Of a DNA stretch of 64,000 bases, positions 45,001-55,049 are shown piece after piece. The stretch spans positions 119,908,001 to 119,972,000 of the forward strand of contig OZ024742.1 in assembly GCA_964016885.1 (NCBI GenBank). The letters are read 5' to 3'. The stretch is from Eledone cirrhosa (Eukaryota). The first letter of the stretch is position 1, and every line of letters starts with the position of its first letter. Below the pieces are notes generated by a model. It saw nothing but the letters and a program-made list of their open reading frames with translations. It ran no database searches and had not been told where the DNA came from. The position numbers and the translations under genes were made by a program.

Positions 45001-47831
45001 TCTCAATGCCATATATATCTAACTCATTTCCCTTCTCATCAAATGCATCCTGTAGGGCCTTCTATACCTATATTTAACAGAAAGGTCTTTTAGCTTCCAA
45101 ACCTTCCATCTCCATATTTTGTTCGGTGCATCTTGTTTTGTCTTGTGTTTATCCTCATGTCACTAATAACTAACTTGTGTTGGGCAACATATTCTTTCCC
45201 AAGGAAGGCCTTAGCATTTATTACTATCTGTCTATCTTGTTGCCTTACAAGTAAGAAATCAATCTGGCTTGTGTTCACCTGATTGGTAAGTGATCAGGTG
45301 GCTGGCCAGTTTCCTGAAATTTGTGTTGCAAATTGTTAGTTCATTTGCATCACAGAATTCCAGGAGACTCACTCTTTCTTCATTTCTTGAGCCATAACCA
45401 TAGCCACCATGAACTTCACTGAAACTACCCTCATACTGTCCAACATATCCATTGAAGTTGCCTGCTAAGATGATGAGGTCTGTTCCATCTGTAGCTTAGG
45501 TTGCTAGTAAAAGTTCCTCAGAGAATCTGTCTTTTTGTTCTTTACTCAATCCTTCCTGTGGTGCATAGGTAGATGTAATTGTCATCATTCTATTTCCTAC
45601 TGCTATTATAAGCTTGATAATTCTATCACTTACTCTAACTACCTCTATCACCTTATCTATACATTTCTCAGCTAGTAGAATGCCTATACCACTTACCCCA
45701 TTGTCATTTCCTACCCATAAAAGTTTGTATCTAAGTTGTTTTCCTGAGAGTAGTCTCACAGAGGCACTCCTACATCTCATCTCTTGTACACAACATACAT
45801 CCACTTTTCTTCTCTCTAACAGTTCCACAATTTTTACTTTTCAGGGTGCCAACATTGAGGGTGGCAGTTCTGAGGTTTGTAACTTGACAGTGGTTAGTTC
45901 CTTGAGTAGCAGTGCTTTGATATGTATATATATATTCTTCTTGAGTTGTCCCTCCATCAAAGGTGAAGCATGCACAAAGATCTTGTTCCAGACTTCTCGA
46001 TTTCTCATTGCAGCAAGAAAATCCTGCCCAATGAGGCCTGTGTCAGAGTCCCGATGGCTATGTTTGAATGTACTTCTCAGCATTTTGCATCTGGTGACCA
46101 GAAAAGCTATTTTCCTGCAGATTCATCATAGCAGGAAACATGACCAGCAAGAGCCAAGCAACGGGTTCGAACTGTCAATGAAACTTCTGGCAGATTACAA
46201 TAAAGAACTGTAAGTAGTGTGACTTTGCCAGGAAATGTTGAACACCACACATATTTTGGTGTAGGAAACATCAAGTCTCCTTGAGTGAGTAACATTGAGA
46301 GTCCAGGACTCTGAACCGTATAGCAAGATGGCCTCAACAGTAGCCTTGAAGACCCTGCACTTCATAGATTTTAAGACTGGAGTTTTCCAAACGTTTTGCA
46401 GTGAATTTATTGTACTCCATGCTCGACCAATTCTGGTGGTTGTATCATATGCAAAATCAGTGTAACCATCTAGATATTTAAATCTTGAACTAGGTCAATA
46501 GGTGAACCGTCAGAAGCGTGTAGTTGACTGAGAGTGGATGGATTCAAATGCATGAATTTAGTCTTTGTATCTTTGAGAAACAAATTCACCTCCTGGCAGG
46601 CAGTCTCAACATGATAGAGGAGGTCCTGAGCTGATTCGATGGAATCTTCCAGAAAAGCAATGTCATCTGCATAGTCAAGATCAGGGAGCACAATAGCTTG
46701 ATGATGGCAACTCTGACATCTCTTGATGGTTATACTCTCAGTATCTGTGATGGCAGTGTGAAGGGTGTAGTCCAAACGCCTGTATCAATTGTAAACATGT
46801 TGATTTCTCCCTCAGGTGTACAGACAACAGCTGCGGTGATCTCATACATGACACAATTAGCATAAACACAATTAGCACAAACACATCAAGAGAAATTCCA
46901 TAAGATTCAAGAAAAGTTTTGTGTGATCAACTGAATCAAAGGCTTTAGGGAAATCAATAATCTGTTTCCTTGTCATAATACTCAACAATTCTACATAAAG
47001 CGAGATGAGATGTTGTGGATCTACCTTTTCAGAAACCATTTTGATTTGAATGAAGAACTGCATTGATAACTATTCAGCAATCAATCTAATGAGTGGGGCA
47101 TATCAGGCCTTTCTCCAATTCCAAAAGGTGATCTGCATTTCACAGACTACAGAGGCATATCTCTTACTCAGGTTGCCTCCAAGATCTACAATCATTATTT
47201 GCTAAACTGAGGGGCAGTGGATTGGCAGTATCGATAGAGGGTCGGACGCCATGCTTTGATGCATAGAGTTACGGCCCTTTCCATTCTGAGTTCAAATCCC
47301 GCCGAGGTTAACTTGGCCTTTCATCCTTACGAGGTTGATAAAATAAAGTACCAGTAATTGCTGGCCTTGTGCCAAAAGTAGAAACAATTATTTGCTAAAC
47401 TGAATTCATCCAGTTATCTGTCCAGTTTTATATATATATATATATATATAAGAGAGAGCCTGAGGAAAATGGGTTGAAGTTGTGAAGAATGACTTCAAGA
47501 AACTGAATCCAGCAGATGAGATGACACAGGTCTAATTTGACTGGTGATATGCCATAATACAAAAGACCTGCCCACCAATAGAAGCACTGTGACACTTAAA
47601 CGAAATGTGGTTAGACTCTTTTTGCCTGCATTAGATGAAACAGCCCCAGGTACCACAATTGACTGTACCAGTCAACCCACTCATAAAGAATCTTCATATG
47701 CTATTGTTGTATTTATTGCATAATTTCATTGAAGGGTACTCACCATGAGAAAGGGCCCAATATGTGGCTTTTTCTATAATCTTTGGAAGATTTACTTTGG
47801 AATAGTCAGAGTTTAACATGAAGAATGCCAT
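14976..47831 (-). CDS. GSS: Glutathione synthetase (eukaryotic type), full spliced CDS span; 12 coding exons, 1467 nt, 488 aa
   Basis: Hand-spliced exons join in frame with GT-AG ends and give the GSS motifs [85 protein letters not shown] and GHLMRTK..EGGIAAG..AMDSPYLV*. Exon lengths 88+190+82+170+43+74+165+70+192+82+187+124 = 1467. Confidence 0.96.
16034..16220 (-). CDS. GSS: GSS coding exon 11 (NNIYNEDIKEYL...AYILMKRIFP...VSELGIYGVII)
   Basis: tgtag acceptor, GG|gtaagc donor, YILM and SELGIYG motifs. Confidence 0.96.
17310..17708 (+). mobile_element. CR1-like LINE 3' fragment
   Basis: ..YKVRKQHSS.DF.KHFF.L.VAE.WNKLP..; tail gtagtgcacctg.gcactg..acaataatttc(att)n; near copy at 39290-39760. 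Confidence 0.7.
18975..19056 (-). CDS. GSS: GSS coding exon 10 ([28 protein letters not shown])
   Basis: gtaag acceptor, G|gtaagc donor, glycine-rich loop [10 protein letters not shown]. Confidence 0.95.
19833..20230 (+). mobile_element. CRE-like (RLE-type) non-LTR retrotransposon 3' fragment
   Basis: Translation AALWAEEGKLSKY..VAVETSG..WLFQPISLTIVWGNAFSIL fits the C-terminal restriction-like endonuclease region (AE..K..KY / ET.G / FQR.SLAI.RGNA). Confidence 0.7.
20533..21225. repeat. 39-bp minisatellite, ~17.8 copies (attgataaaatacctgagcagtttaacaaatcRttcata), in GSS intron 9
   Basis: Direct reading; copies differ only at one A/G site. Confidence 0.97.
21345..21888. repeat. 49-bp tandem repeat, ~11 copies, overlapping the GSS exon 9 donor
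   Basis: Unit taccatattttaaatggggaagtcttaRattattctaRaagtgRcatat starts at 21441, 21490 ... 21833, with the last register at 21882 running into exon 9; degenerate copies at ~21347 and 21392. Confidence 0.95.
21885..22076 (-). CDS. GSS: GSS coding exon 9 ([33 protein letters not shown]...YSLEM)
   Basis: tttcag acceptor, ATG|gtaata donor, KCP..LAGTKK.QQEL motif. Confidence 0.96.
22290..22440 (+). mobile_element. tRNA-derived SINE (family C, ggcaccttgggca.gtgtc.tctactatagc core)
   Basis: Related copies at 18330-18670, 32820-33003(-), 42915-43230 and 49765-49920. Confidence 0.7.
22947..23016 (-). CDS. GSS: GSS coding exon 8 ([23 protein letters not shown])
   Basis: tgtag acceptor, CAG|gtaaaa donor, [10 protein letters not shown] motif. 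Confidence 0.96.
23410..23630 (-). mobile_element. CRE-like 3' fragment
   Basis: Minus strand reads IQTFG..RRCEPCEVDWLFQRISLAILWGN. Confidence 0.65.
24635..27202 (+). mobile_element. piggyBac DNA transposon, near full length, disrupted transposase
   Basis: Right end tggtaacgaaaggg|TTAA (27189-27206); left TIR remnant tttcgttacca (24635-24645); transposase inside. Confidence 0.9.
24911..26554 (+). pseudogene. piggyBac (PGBD-like) transposase pseudogene
   Basis: Acidic N-terminus MDTNFIQSSSESEFEGF; DPLFKIRPL; SIDEGM; KPTKWGFKVW; FFDWFFSS; YNRYMGGVD; KWWR; C-terminal CRECLH...FQCAFCKVALC..CF..FH*; stops and frameshifts outside the 272-aa ORF 25418-26236. Confidence 0.9.
27619..27783 (-). CDS. 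GSS: GSS coding exon 7 (SVILFIVSSTERNIFDQKWVEH...LDEQNNLIV)
   Basis: tgcag acceptor, GT|gtgagt donor, ERNIFDQ motif. Confidence 0.96.
28868..29090 (+). mobile_element. TTAA-specific MITE (piggyBac-type), TIR CCCTTTAGCATTT
   Basis: TTAA|ccctttagcattt ... aaatactaaaggg|TTGA; same family at 32426-32633 and 52001-52221. Confidence 0.85.
30161..30234 (-). CDS. GSS: GSS coding exon 6 (IPNNDPAYGLAEGMAEAWNLYGKA)
   Basis: ggaag acceptor, AA|gtaagt donor; corresponds to human [22 protein letters not shown]. Confidence 0.93.
32181..32223 (-). CDS. GSS: GSS coding exon 5, 43-nt micro-exon (YTMALAGYYENDKQ)
   Basis: tgcag acceptor, CAG|gtaaaa donor; supplies the phase 2 to phase 0 bridge needed between exons 4 and 6 and matches the length of human HVLSVLSKTKEAGK. 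Confidence 0.8.
32426..32633 (+). mobile_element. TTAA-specific MITE, perfect 13-bp TIRs and TTAA TSD
   Basis: TTAA|ccctttagcattt ... aaatgctaaaggg|TTAA. Confidence 0.9.
33115..34900 (+). mobile_element. 5'-truncated RTE-clade LINE (RT, Cys/His finger, 3' end), frameshifted
   Basis: MKPGKAAGPSEIVAEMLKA; NYRGIKL; AFVDLEKAFDRVP; GVYQGSVLSPLLF; LLYADDL; WPCSVCRKG..C..C..WVHKRC..CGRC; RRLRWYGH; GRPRKTW. Confidence 0.92.
34920..35178 (+). mobile_element. SINE / RTE-tail repeat (family B, ends ccatgctagcgtggaaga..gacgttaaac(gat)n)
   Basis: Copies at 20262-20500(-), 22440-22760(-), 31350-31540(+), 40730-41010(-), 53727-54040(-), 58880-59190(+). Confidence 0.8.
36326..36495 (-). CDS. GSS: GSS coding exon 4 (HLSLGILRSDYM...[16 protein letters not shown]...LHR)
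   Basis: ttttag acceptor, AG|gtacat donor; conserved RSDYM and QIEINT motifs. Confidence 0.96.
38376..38457 (-). CDS. GSS: GSS coding exon 3 (STLEADDFTKNLWDIYEATLKQDGKRKQ)
   Basis: ttcag acceptor, CAG|gttaga donor, DDFT..L.DI motif. Confidence 0.95.
39290..39760 (+). mobile_element. CR1-like LINE 3' fragment (same family as 17310-17708)
   Basis: High identity by eye to the 17310 copy; isolated tails also at 57927-57975 and 62517-62565. Confidence 0.7.
41820..42114 (+). mobile_element. RTE 3' fragment with (GAT)n tail
   Basis: LREKL..QERRLCWFGHV; ends ccatgca...gatgatgat. Confidence 0.7.
43330..43519 (-). CDS. GSS: GSS coding exon 2 (GVLMKSK...APFALFPS...VDFNLLVHKVAHDYNFLYNSLK)
   Basis: tgcag acceptor, AG|gtattt donor, clear similarity to the GSS N-terminal region. 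Confidence 0.95.
43547..43790 (+). mobile_element. DINE-1/Helentron-like non-autonomous element
   Basis: Starts ttagcaaaatgcccattgttgcc; ends with (acag)n and then ttttatatatgtagat, the usual organisation of this class. Confidence 0.45.
44150..45890 (-). mobile_element. RTE-clade LINE 5' part with AP-endonuclease domain, decayed
   Basis: TLNVGTLK; LERRKVDVCCVQE; VSDRII; YAPQEG; GNFNGYVG; SQIDFLLVR; QHKLVI. Confidence 0.88.
45920..47425 (-). mobile_element. Second RTE-clade LINE with inverted 5' segment (47085-47425 on + strand)
   Basis: Minus: NQNGF.KGRSTTSH, IDFPKAFDSVDH, DLDYADDIAFL, LAGH. Plus: PIPKGDL..DYRGISL..ASKIYN..LLN. Confidence 0.8.
47211..47386 (+). mobile_element. tRNA-derived SINE (family A) with 17-bp TSD
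   Basis: A box tggcagtatcgata, B box gagttcaaatcc, core gcctttcatcctta.g.ggt.gataaaataaagtaccag; TSD attatttgctaaactga. Other copies at 35839-36027(-), 37300-37470(+), 40600-40729(+), 43789-43960(-), 52245-52430(+), 54815-54924(+), 55911-56097(-), 57979-58160(+). Confidence 0.88.
47744..47831 (-). CDS. GSS: GSS coding exon 1 (MAFFMLNSDYSKVNLPKIIEKATYWALSH-G)
   Basis: ttttgcag acceptor at 47841-47843, 9 nt of UTR, ATG at 47831, donor G|gtgagt; phase 1 fits the next exon; WALSHG corresponds to human RALAEG. Confidence 0.85.
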
Positions 47832-49379
47832 AATTTTAATCTGCAAAAAGGACATAATTTGTGATTGTGAATTTCCATTTGAAATTAAACAGAGAAGAAC
47901 AACTTATTGATTGCACTAAATATAATATGATGTAAAATTAACTTTAATTAAAGTAAACAAAAGTTTTCTAAAGTTAAAAACATTATTAATAATACTAAAT
48001 TTCTTCTGATTAAATACAATAGTAGCAAATTTCATCCCAAAGACTAGCCTTCTCCTTCAGAGCTAGAAAATGTTTCATCTCTACCCAGCTTCTAAGTATC
48101 CAGGAAACTTGTACTTGTGTCAGTGTTCACCCAATATGGGCTGAGCTGGTTTCAGCCAGTATGAACTCTCTACATACAGCAATCATTTATTATATCTCTA
48201 TATGCATCAATCATTTATAATACATACAGGGATCGCAAACACAAGATTCTAAAAACCTTTGCTAAGTACAAACAACTACCGCCCTACGGATAACTGACGC
48301 TGCACACCAAGTCCGAAGACGGAAGAGCCCGGCAAAAGAATGGAGAAGGCAAAGGAAAATTTAATTAGATTAATAAAACACCTCACATGTATCTCCTGAC
48401 CATCATTGAACTACAGACAACTCTCCACCTCTCACTAGGCCTTTCAACTTAGTTAAAATATTATCTCACTGCATCCCAGCTACTGTGGGATATACTATGA
48501 ACTTAGTTCACCCGTATAGTTTAAATATCATCTCGCTGGGTCTCAGCTGCTGTGGGAGGGACAACGGAATCAATCAAGTCTAAAACTCCTTATTTTTAAT
48601 GTTACTTGATTGTTGTTAGTTTTCCTCAACTTGTTGGGGGGCGGGCATAGAACGTGCACAGAAATAATAACATAGTAAAAAAAATAAAATAAACTGAAAT
48701 CACGGTATAAGGTAATATTCATTAACCCCCCCCCCCCCCCCCCAAAAAAAACCCAACAGGTAAAAATGTCACACTTCATTTAAATACCATCAATAATAGC
48801 TAAAGTAATTAAACAAATAATTTAAGAAGCTTAATAACCGATACTACATGACTTGCAAAGCACTATATATACATGTCATTACACGAACGTGAGGAAAATC
48901 ACATTTTATTCAATGTGTTAACTTTTAAAACAATAAGTCACACCTACAACTTTTTTTTATATTAAGAAAGTAAAAAATAAAATTAATTTCCTGCAAATAC
49001 AATTTATAGAAGAGAGTGGTTAATACTGTCAACAAAGACAATTGAATGAAAATATACTGAAAACTATGAGAAGTTTCTTTTAAATAAATATCATATAATC
49101 AAAACAAAGCGGGGTTAAATTTTGTTAGAATTACAGTAAAGGGTTATGTTTAGCGAAAATTAAACAACATTCTTACTTAATGATAATATATTTATAGTGT
49201 TAGTTTACAATTTAGTGAAAATTACGATGCTACATTCCCTTTAAGTAAAAACTGCAACTAAAATATATTTAATAATTGTTTCTACTATTGGCACAAGGCC
49301 AGCAAATACTCAGTACATTACTGGTACTTTATTTTATCGACCCCGCAAGGATGAAAGGCAAAGTTAATAATAAATACAT

Positions 49380-49760
49380 TTACTTTACGAAACTCTTTCG
49401 AACTCGCAAGATTTCCGTGTAAAAAGTTTGTTATGACAAGTAGATACGTAAAAACTGTCTTCCAAATATAACCATAAAGAGGATGAATCGTTTATATAAT
49501 CATTTCATATTGACTTAAAAGAATATGATATATATATTCTTTCTAAACAAACAAGAATGACATATATTTATATTAAAACGCAAAATAAAATAAAATACAC
49601 TTACGCTCTAAAAAAAAACCCTTTCGTCTTATTGTAGTAGCTTTGTATGTCAAGCTTTCGTTATATACCATGCAACCCGTGGATATAAATAAGTGTTTAT
49701 AGTCGTTGTGTTTACTGACCGTGATTTTAAAATATATTGATTAATAATGCTATTATTGTC
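49380..49760 (-). promoter_or_regulatory. Candidate GSS promoter and non-coding first exon (donor GAGC|gtaagt; exon ends at 49605)
   Basis: The ATG exon starts at a splice acceptor, so an upstream exon is needed. This non-repetitive patch is locally richer in CpG and carries a consensus donor. No TSS is visible. Confidence 0.4.
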
Positions 49761-49949
49761 TCTGGCTGTGGGTTTAAGAGGTTCGCTTCATATCCACGTA
49801 ATTACGGTTTCGATCCCATCGCACGGCAGCTTCAGCATGTCTTTAATATAGCTTTAGGTTGATTAAAACTTTGTATGGGAAATTTCGAAGGTGTAAACTG
49901 TTTAGAACCCAGTCGTATGTATAATCAGTAACCTTTATTATAATATTAG

Positions 49950-51630
49950 ATGCTGTGATGAAGTCGGGGATCAGTGCATCCATAGTCGAACGTAATAAAA
50001 TACCAGGACATATTTTTGTCTGAGAGTATTCTCCCCTATATTCATCTTTGGTCTTCAGTCTCAGCAAGTCCAATGATGGCCTCTTCTCAATTGCAGTAGG
50101 GGGCACTTTGTGATGGTGAAAGTGTGTTTGCCATCAGTCACAAACCACCTATCCTCAGAATTTTCCCTTATTCAACTGGGGGCAAGCATCAAATTAGGAT
50201 GTGAGGCAGACACCCATGCTACACGAACATGTTCAGACTTTTGAAGTTCACAAGATTGTCCTCAAACTTGATCTCAAGAAGACATTCAATTCCATCAGAT
50301 GTGAAGTCATCTTCAGCTCAATAAAGGAGGCCTCAGAGCCCTACCACTTTGCTTGGCAGGCTTATCAGAATCCCTCTCCTCTCTCCTCTGGTCACTACTA
50401 CATTATATCTGCCTCAGAAGTCCAGCAAGCAGACCTCTTCAGGCCTGTTCTATTTGCATTGAGTATCGATAACATTTGTAAAATGGAAACCAACATGGAT
50501 TTGAATGTCTGGAACCTTGATGATGAGTGTTTGGAGAGACCCTTAGAGGATGATGATTGGAGGACATTGGATCATCAAACAATCTGGTCCCTTCCTCCAT
50601 TGTATGGAGTATTTTTGGAGCCACAATTTCTGACCTCACTTTTGAGGCCACCTTTCTTTCTAAACTGGCAAACTTCAAGCAATTATTCCAAAACATTAAT
50701 ATAATTGAGCCCCATCAAGGTTTTTTCATACTTAGAAATTACCTACCAATTCCTATGTTTATAAACAGAATCAGTCCTTCATGTAAAATCTTATCATATC
50801 TGGAACGTTTTGACAACCTAATTTTTGGCAAACTCAAAAGTTTGGTTAATAGACTTTCTCTGGAGTCATGTGACCAGGCTTGTATTGCCCAAACAAATCG
50901 GGGTCTAAGCTAATGCAAATGCTCACTTCTGTCTCTACCCTGTATTATTTCTGGCATCCCTGCTTACTCCCCTTTAGTGGGTACCATCCTCACCTTTCCA
51001 ACATTAACTTTAACAGGAAAGAGTATGAGGTCCTTTTACTGTAGGAGCTGGGTTTCTCAGTTCTTGGTACAGAGTAGGATGAATTGAAACATGGAGTTTG
51101 GGAAAAGTTTCAACTTGCTCTTTAATAATTCAACTAATACTCAAGGTGTCACTTTCTTTCTGTGAGAGCCAAATTCTGGGTTAATGCTTTGCTCAGTCTG
51201 GATGAGCTCCAGATTTCTATTGCACTCAGGGGATTTAAATGATGTGGCAAAGCCCTAGATTTCCCAGGTTTTCATGGATTGTCATGCCATCTAAATGCAG
51301 GTTTCTTCATTTATCATACCAAGCTGAAAAATAATTAAGTGGACTCTAGTCAGAGTTGATAACCCCTCACAACTTGGAAGCTGTGAAGATGAATGCATCC
51401 ATAGCTGAATGAATGGAATAAAATTCTAAAATACCAGGAATTATTAGCAAGCTTGGTTTTTAGCCTGTGGTGTTTGAGACATTTGGGGTACTGACAGGTG
51501 GGCTACTGACAACAATGTTTTTGTCATTGTTCACTTTCATGGGTGCTTGGTTATTCCAGTACCTAAGCCTCGCTATCACTTGTGGCAATACCGCAAGGGT
51601 CTTGGCTTGCCTAAAAGCCTTTAATGGGTA
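49950..51630 (+). mobile_element. Decayed CRE-like non-LTR retrotransposon (RT, CCHC knuckle, RLE tail)
   Basis: IAVGGTL; QLG...GCEA..HATR; VLKLDLKKTFNSIR; VQQADLFRPVLFAL; LNVWNLDD; CGKALDFPGFHGLSC; VFETFG; WLFQYLSLAITCGN; many frameshifts. Confidence 0.8.
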
Positions 51631-52000
51631 ACTTCAGTGCCCCCTGACTGTGTATGATTTTAAAATAAATTGTAGTAATTAATGAGTATAAACCATTTAA
51701 AAGAGAAAGAAATTAGTTTAGCATGAAGAAAAGGAAGTATTTAATGGTTTGGGCAGTTTTCTTCTTCCCTGTGGTATTACCTTTTGTATTAATTATATAC
51801 TAAACATTATGTAGTATGTATCTCACGAGGAGCAGGATATTACACTGGATACTCTTCTCAGAATCATGTGTGAGTCGAAAGGTACTATCAAGAACAAGCA
51901 CTTACATCCTTGCCAAAACTTTCATTACTGCATTTAACAAAGTTAGAGACCTGGGATTGTCTAATATATCCTCTTTTGTTGGTGTTCTTTTTCTCTTTAA

Positions 52001-52221
52001 CCCTTTAGCATTTACATTACTCTATATTTTCTATTGTATTTTCACAGTAAACACTTTATTTCACATAATTATCTCACATAAAATCAAATCTACGAGATTT
52101 TCATATTATTTATTTTAAGAACAATACCATAACATAAGTATGAATATCCAGTTATGGCCAGTTTGAAAAGAAAGAGGCAAGAAAATTCTGAACGGATACA
52201 GCTAGCTTAAATGCTAAAGGG
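52001..52221 (-). mobile_element. TTAA-specific MITE, same family in opposite orientation
   Basis: TTAA|ccctttagcattt ... aaatgctaaaggg|TTAA; interior is the reverse complement of the 32426 copy. Confidence 0.9.
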
Positions 52222-53111
52222 TTAAATATTTGAGAGGTTCAGAAAAATTGGCAGTATCAGTAGAGGGTCGGACGCCATGCTTTGACGCATAGAGTTACGG
52301 CTCTTGCCATTCTGAATTCAAATCCCGCTGAAGTTAACTTTGCCTTTCATCCTTATGGGGTCGATAAAATAAAGTACTAGTAATGCACTGGGTAATTGCT
52401 GGCCTTGTGCCAAAACTAGAAACAGTTATTACCAACTCATTAACCCAAAGAATAGATTTTGTGTCTCTGTCATAGAATATGCCTTAGTATGGACAATTGA
52501 ACCTAGAACAGGTAAATTTCTTCACTGTAATACCCGCTAGACTTTAACATACCAGAATTATTTAAAGGTATTTATATAGCTGGACAATTTAATGTAAGCA
52601 GGTTTTATATTTTGAAAGTTACAATCTATAGAATTTTAATATATTTCTCACATAAAAGATATATAAAATGAATCAATGGGTAAAATATTTGTGTATTTGT
52701 ATTAACTACAAAGCAAAATAGTTGATTTTCATGTTTTTTCCATTATGGTTAATTTGGTTTGCCCTGAATATAAAGTAATGTTAAATATTTTCTTCATACA
52801 ATAACACAGTTTTCAAATTCAGCACAGGAATTTGTGTATAATTTTTAATTGAGTACAATATCAATATAAAGAAAATGTTAGTGTAGTATAATTATCAACG
52901 TGAATCACTAATTAATAATGACTTTCGTATTGTACATTGTGGCTTGTTTTAGGAATGTTTTACTTCCAGTGTTCAAAGTTAAAGTGAATATTGTAAAGTT
53001 ACAAGTTAATGAGTAACACAAGTTATTTAGGAAGGTAGGCATTTACTTATTTCACATAAAAGCTTTAGGTAATTGTAATAGAAAGTGCTTTGAAATATAG
53101 ATTGTTGGATT

Positions 53112-53625
53112 CAGTGCTGGATTTACCATTGTGCTTAGGTGTGCTTAACCTGTTGACTGTCGCGTATATTTTACACAGGAACAGTTGCTGTGGCGTTTTT
53201 TTTTTAGTAAAATGACTATTTTTTTAAACAAACATTTATTAACAACACATATCTGAATGATTCCCAAATGTCACATCAATAAACTGGTAACCCCATCTAG
53301 CTTTGAAGTTATGAACTGCTGGAAACAAGTTCATAACTTTGAAGTTATGAATTGCTGGAAACGAGTTCATAACTGTGAAGTTATGAACTGTTGGAAATGA
53401 GTTCAAACATGTTAGGACAAATTATCTCATCCATGACACTGGAATGCATACATGTTAGGATGAGTTATCTTGTCTATGGCACCAAAGAGGTTAAACACGG
53501 GGCTCCGTTGGCTGGGGGGCATCTTTCCTGCCCCAAAAATGATTTACTTCTTTCAGGGTCCAAGTAAGAGGCCTCCCTCGTAACTTAACTAGCACAAGGC
53601 CTCATTTGTTCTAAATCTGGCACTG
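53112..53625. mobile_element. hAT-type MITE with internal 36-bp palindromic tandem repeat
   Basis: TIRs cagtgctggattta / taaatctggcactg; 8-bp TSD gttggatt / ggtggatt (7/8 match). Confidence 0.75.
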
Positions 53626-54349
53626 GGTGGATTGAAGATAGAAAGTTATGCTGGTATCAATTTGTTTTCCTTAGTTAGTTAATATGAATGTCACTCTTAA
53701 ATAATAAATCAAAATTATTATTTCAATCATCATCATCACCATTTTACGTCTGTTCTTCCACGCTAGCATGGGTTAGATGGGTTGTCCTGTTGTGGGCAAT
53801 GTCAGGTCGGGTGACCTTGTCTTGCTCATACAGGAACTGATTTTGGCTTCGTTTCTACAGCTGGATGGCCTTCCTAACACCAACCTCATTTACAGTGAGT
53901 GCTGGGTGCTTTTTTTCCGTGGCGCCTACACGTTGACTTTACAGTGTGGGCTGGGTGCTTTTTTGTCGGGACACCTACACGACCACTTTGCAGTGGGAGA
54001 TGGTGGGGGCATATTGTCTATATGCTTCAGCTTGTACCCTTAAATTGTTTTTACTATTTAGACATGATATCATTTGTTGTTGTTACTTGTGTGTGTGTAA
54101 GTTTCTATTGTGAGCTGATATAATGATGTTAGGAAGAAGATAAAACATTGTAACACCCCAAAAGACCAATAGTAAACTGAAATAAATTAAATGAATTTGG
54201 AGCATGTCTAGCATAATATTGGGTAACATGAATATTTTATTATATAATTTTTTTGTAAACAAGGAAAACATTACATATCCATAATTGCACAAACACGAGT
54301 TTTGTTTTGTCTATAGAATAGTTTGAAAATTTGTCATTTGAATCATTAA

Positions 54350-54814
54350 TCTCAAAGGGAGACAAGAGAGACTGTTCCAATTATAGAGGGATCTCCTTGT
54401 TAAGCCTCCCCAGTAAAGTCTATGCTAAGTGTCTGGCAAAGAGATGCAGGGAGATTGTTGAGTCCAAGCTAGCTGATGAACAGTGTGGTTTTCTCCCCAG
54501 ACGCAGCACAGTCGACCAAATATTCACACTGCGGCAGGTCTTCGAGAAATTGTGGGAATATTGTCAAGAGGTATATTCTTGTTTTGTCGACCTTGAAAAG
54601 GCATATGACCGCATTACTCGGGACCTGCTGTGGAAGGTTCTGCTGGAGTATGGGATTGATGATCAGCTCCTTGCTGCCATGATGTCTTTATATGAATGCA
54701 CGAGTATTTGTGTTCAGGTAAATGGTGCTAAATCAAAACCATTCAATGTGGGAGTCAGACTCTGCCAAGGGTGTGTACAGTCACCTCTCCTGCTCATTAT
54801 TTACATGAACAGGA
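54350..54814 (+). mobile_element. RTE RT fragment interrupted by a SINE
   Basis: KGDKRDCSNYRGISLLSLPSKVY; EQCGF; STVDQIFTLRQ; FVDLEKAYD; QGCVQSPLL. Confidence 0.88.
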
Positions 54815-55049
54815 GTTCAAATCCCACCGAGGTTCACTTTGCCTTTCATCCTTACGGGGTCAATAAAATAAAGTACCAGTAATGTACTGGGGTAATTGCT
54901 GGCCTTGTGCCAAATGTAGAAACAATTATTTACATGAACAGGACTGACATACGCAGCCGGATTGGAAGTGGTATCATGACTGGTGGGTGTACAATGTCCA
55001 TGTAACCCTTTTTGTAGACATGAATGACAACTTTGAAATGGTTCTTTTA

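Noticed and set aside
48787-48830. Alternative first GSS coding exon (..LAIIDG|gt)
   Set aside because: In-frame stop upstream and no ATG; 47744-47831 fits better
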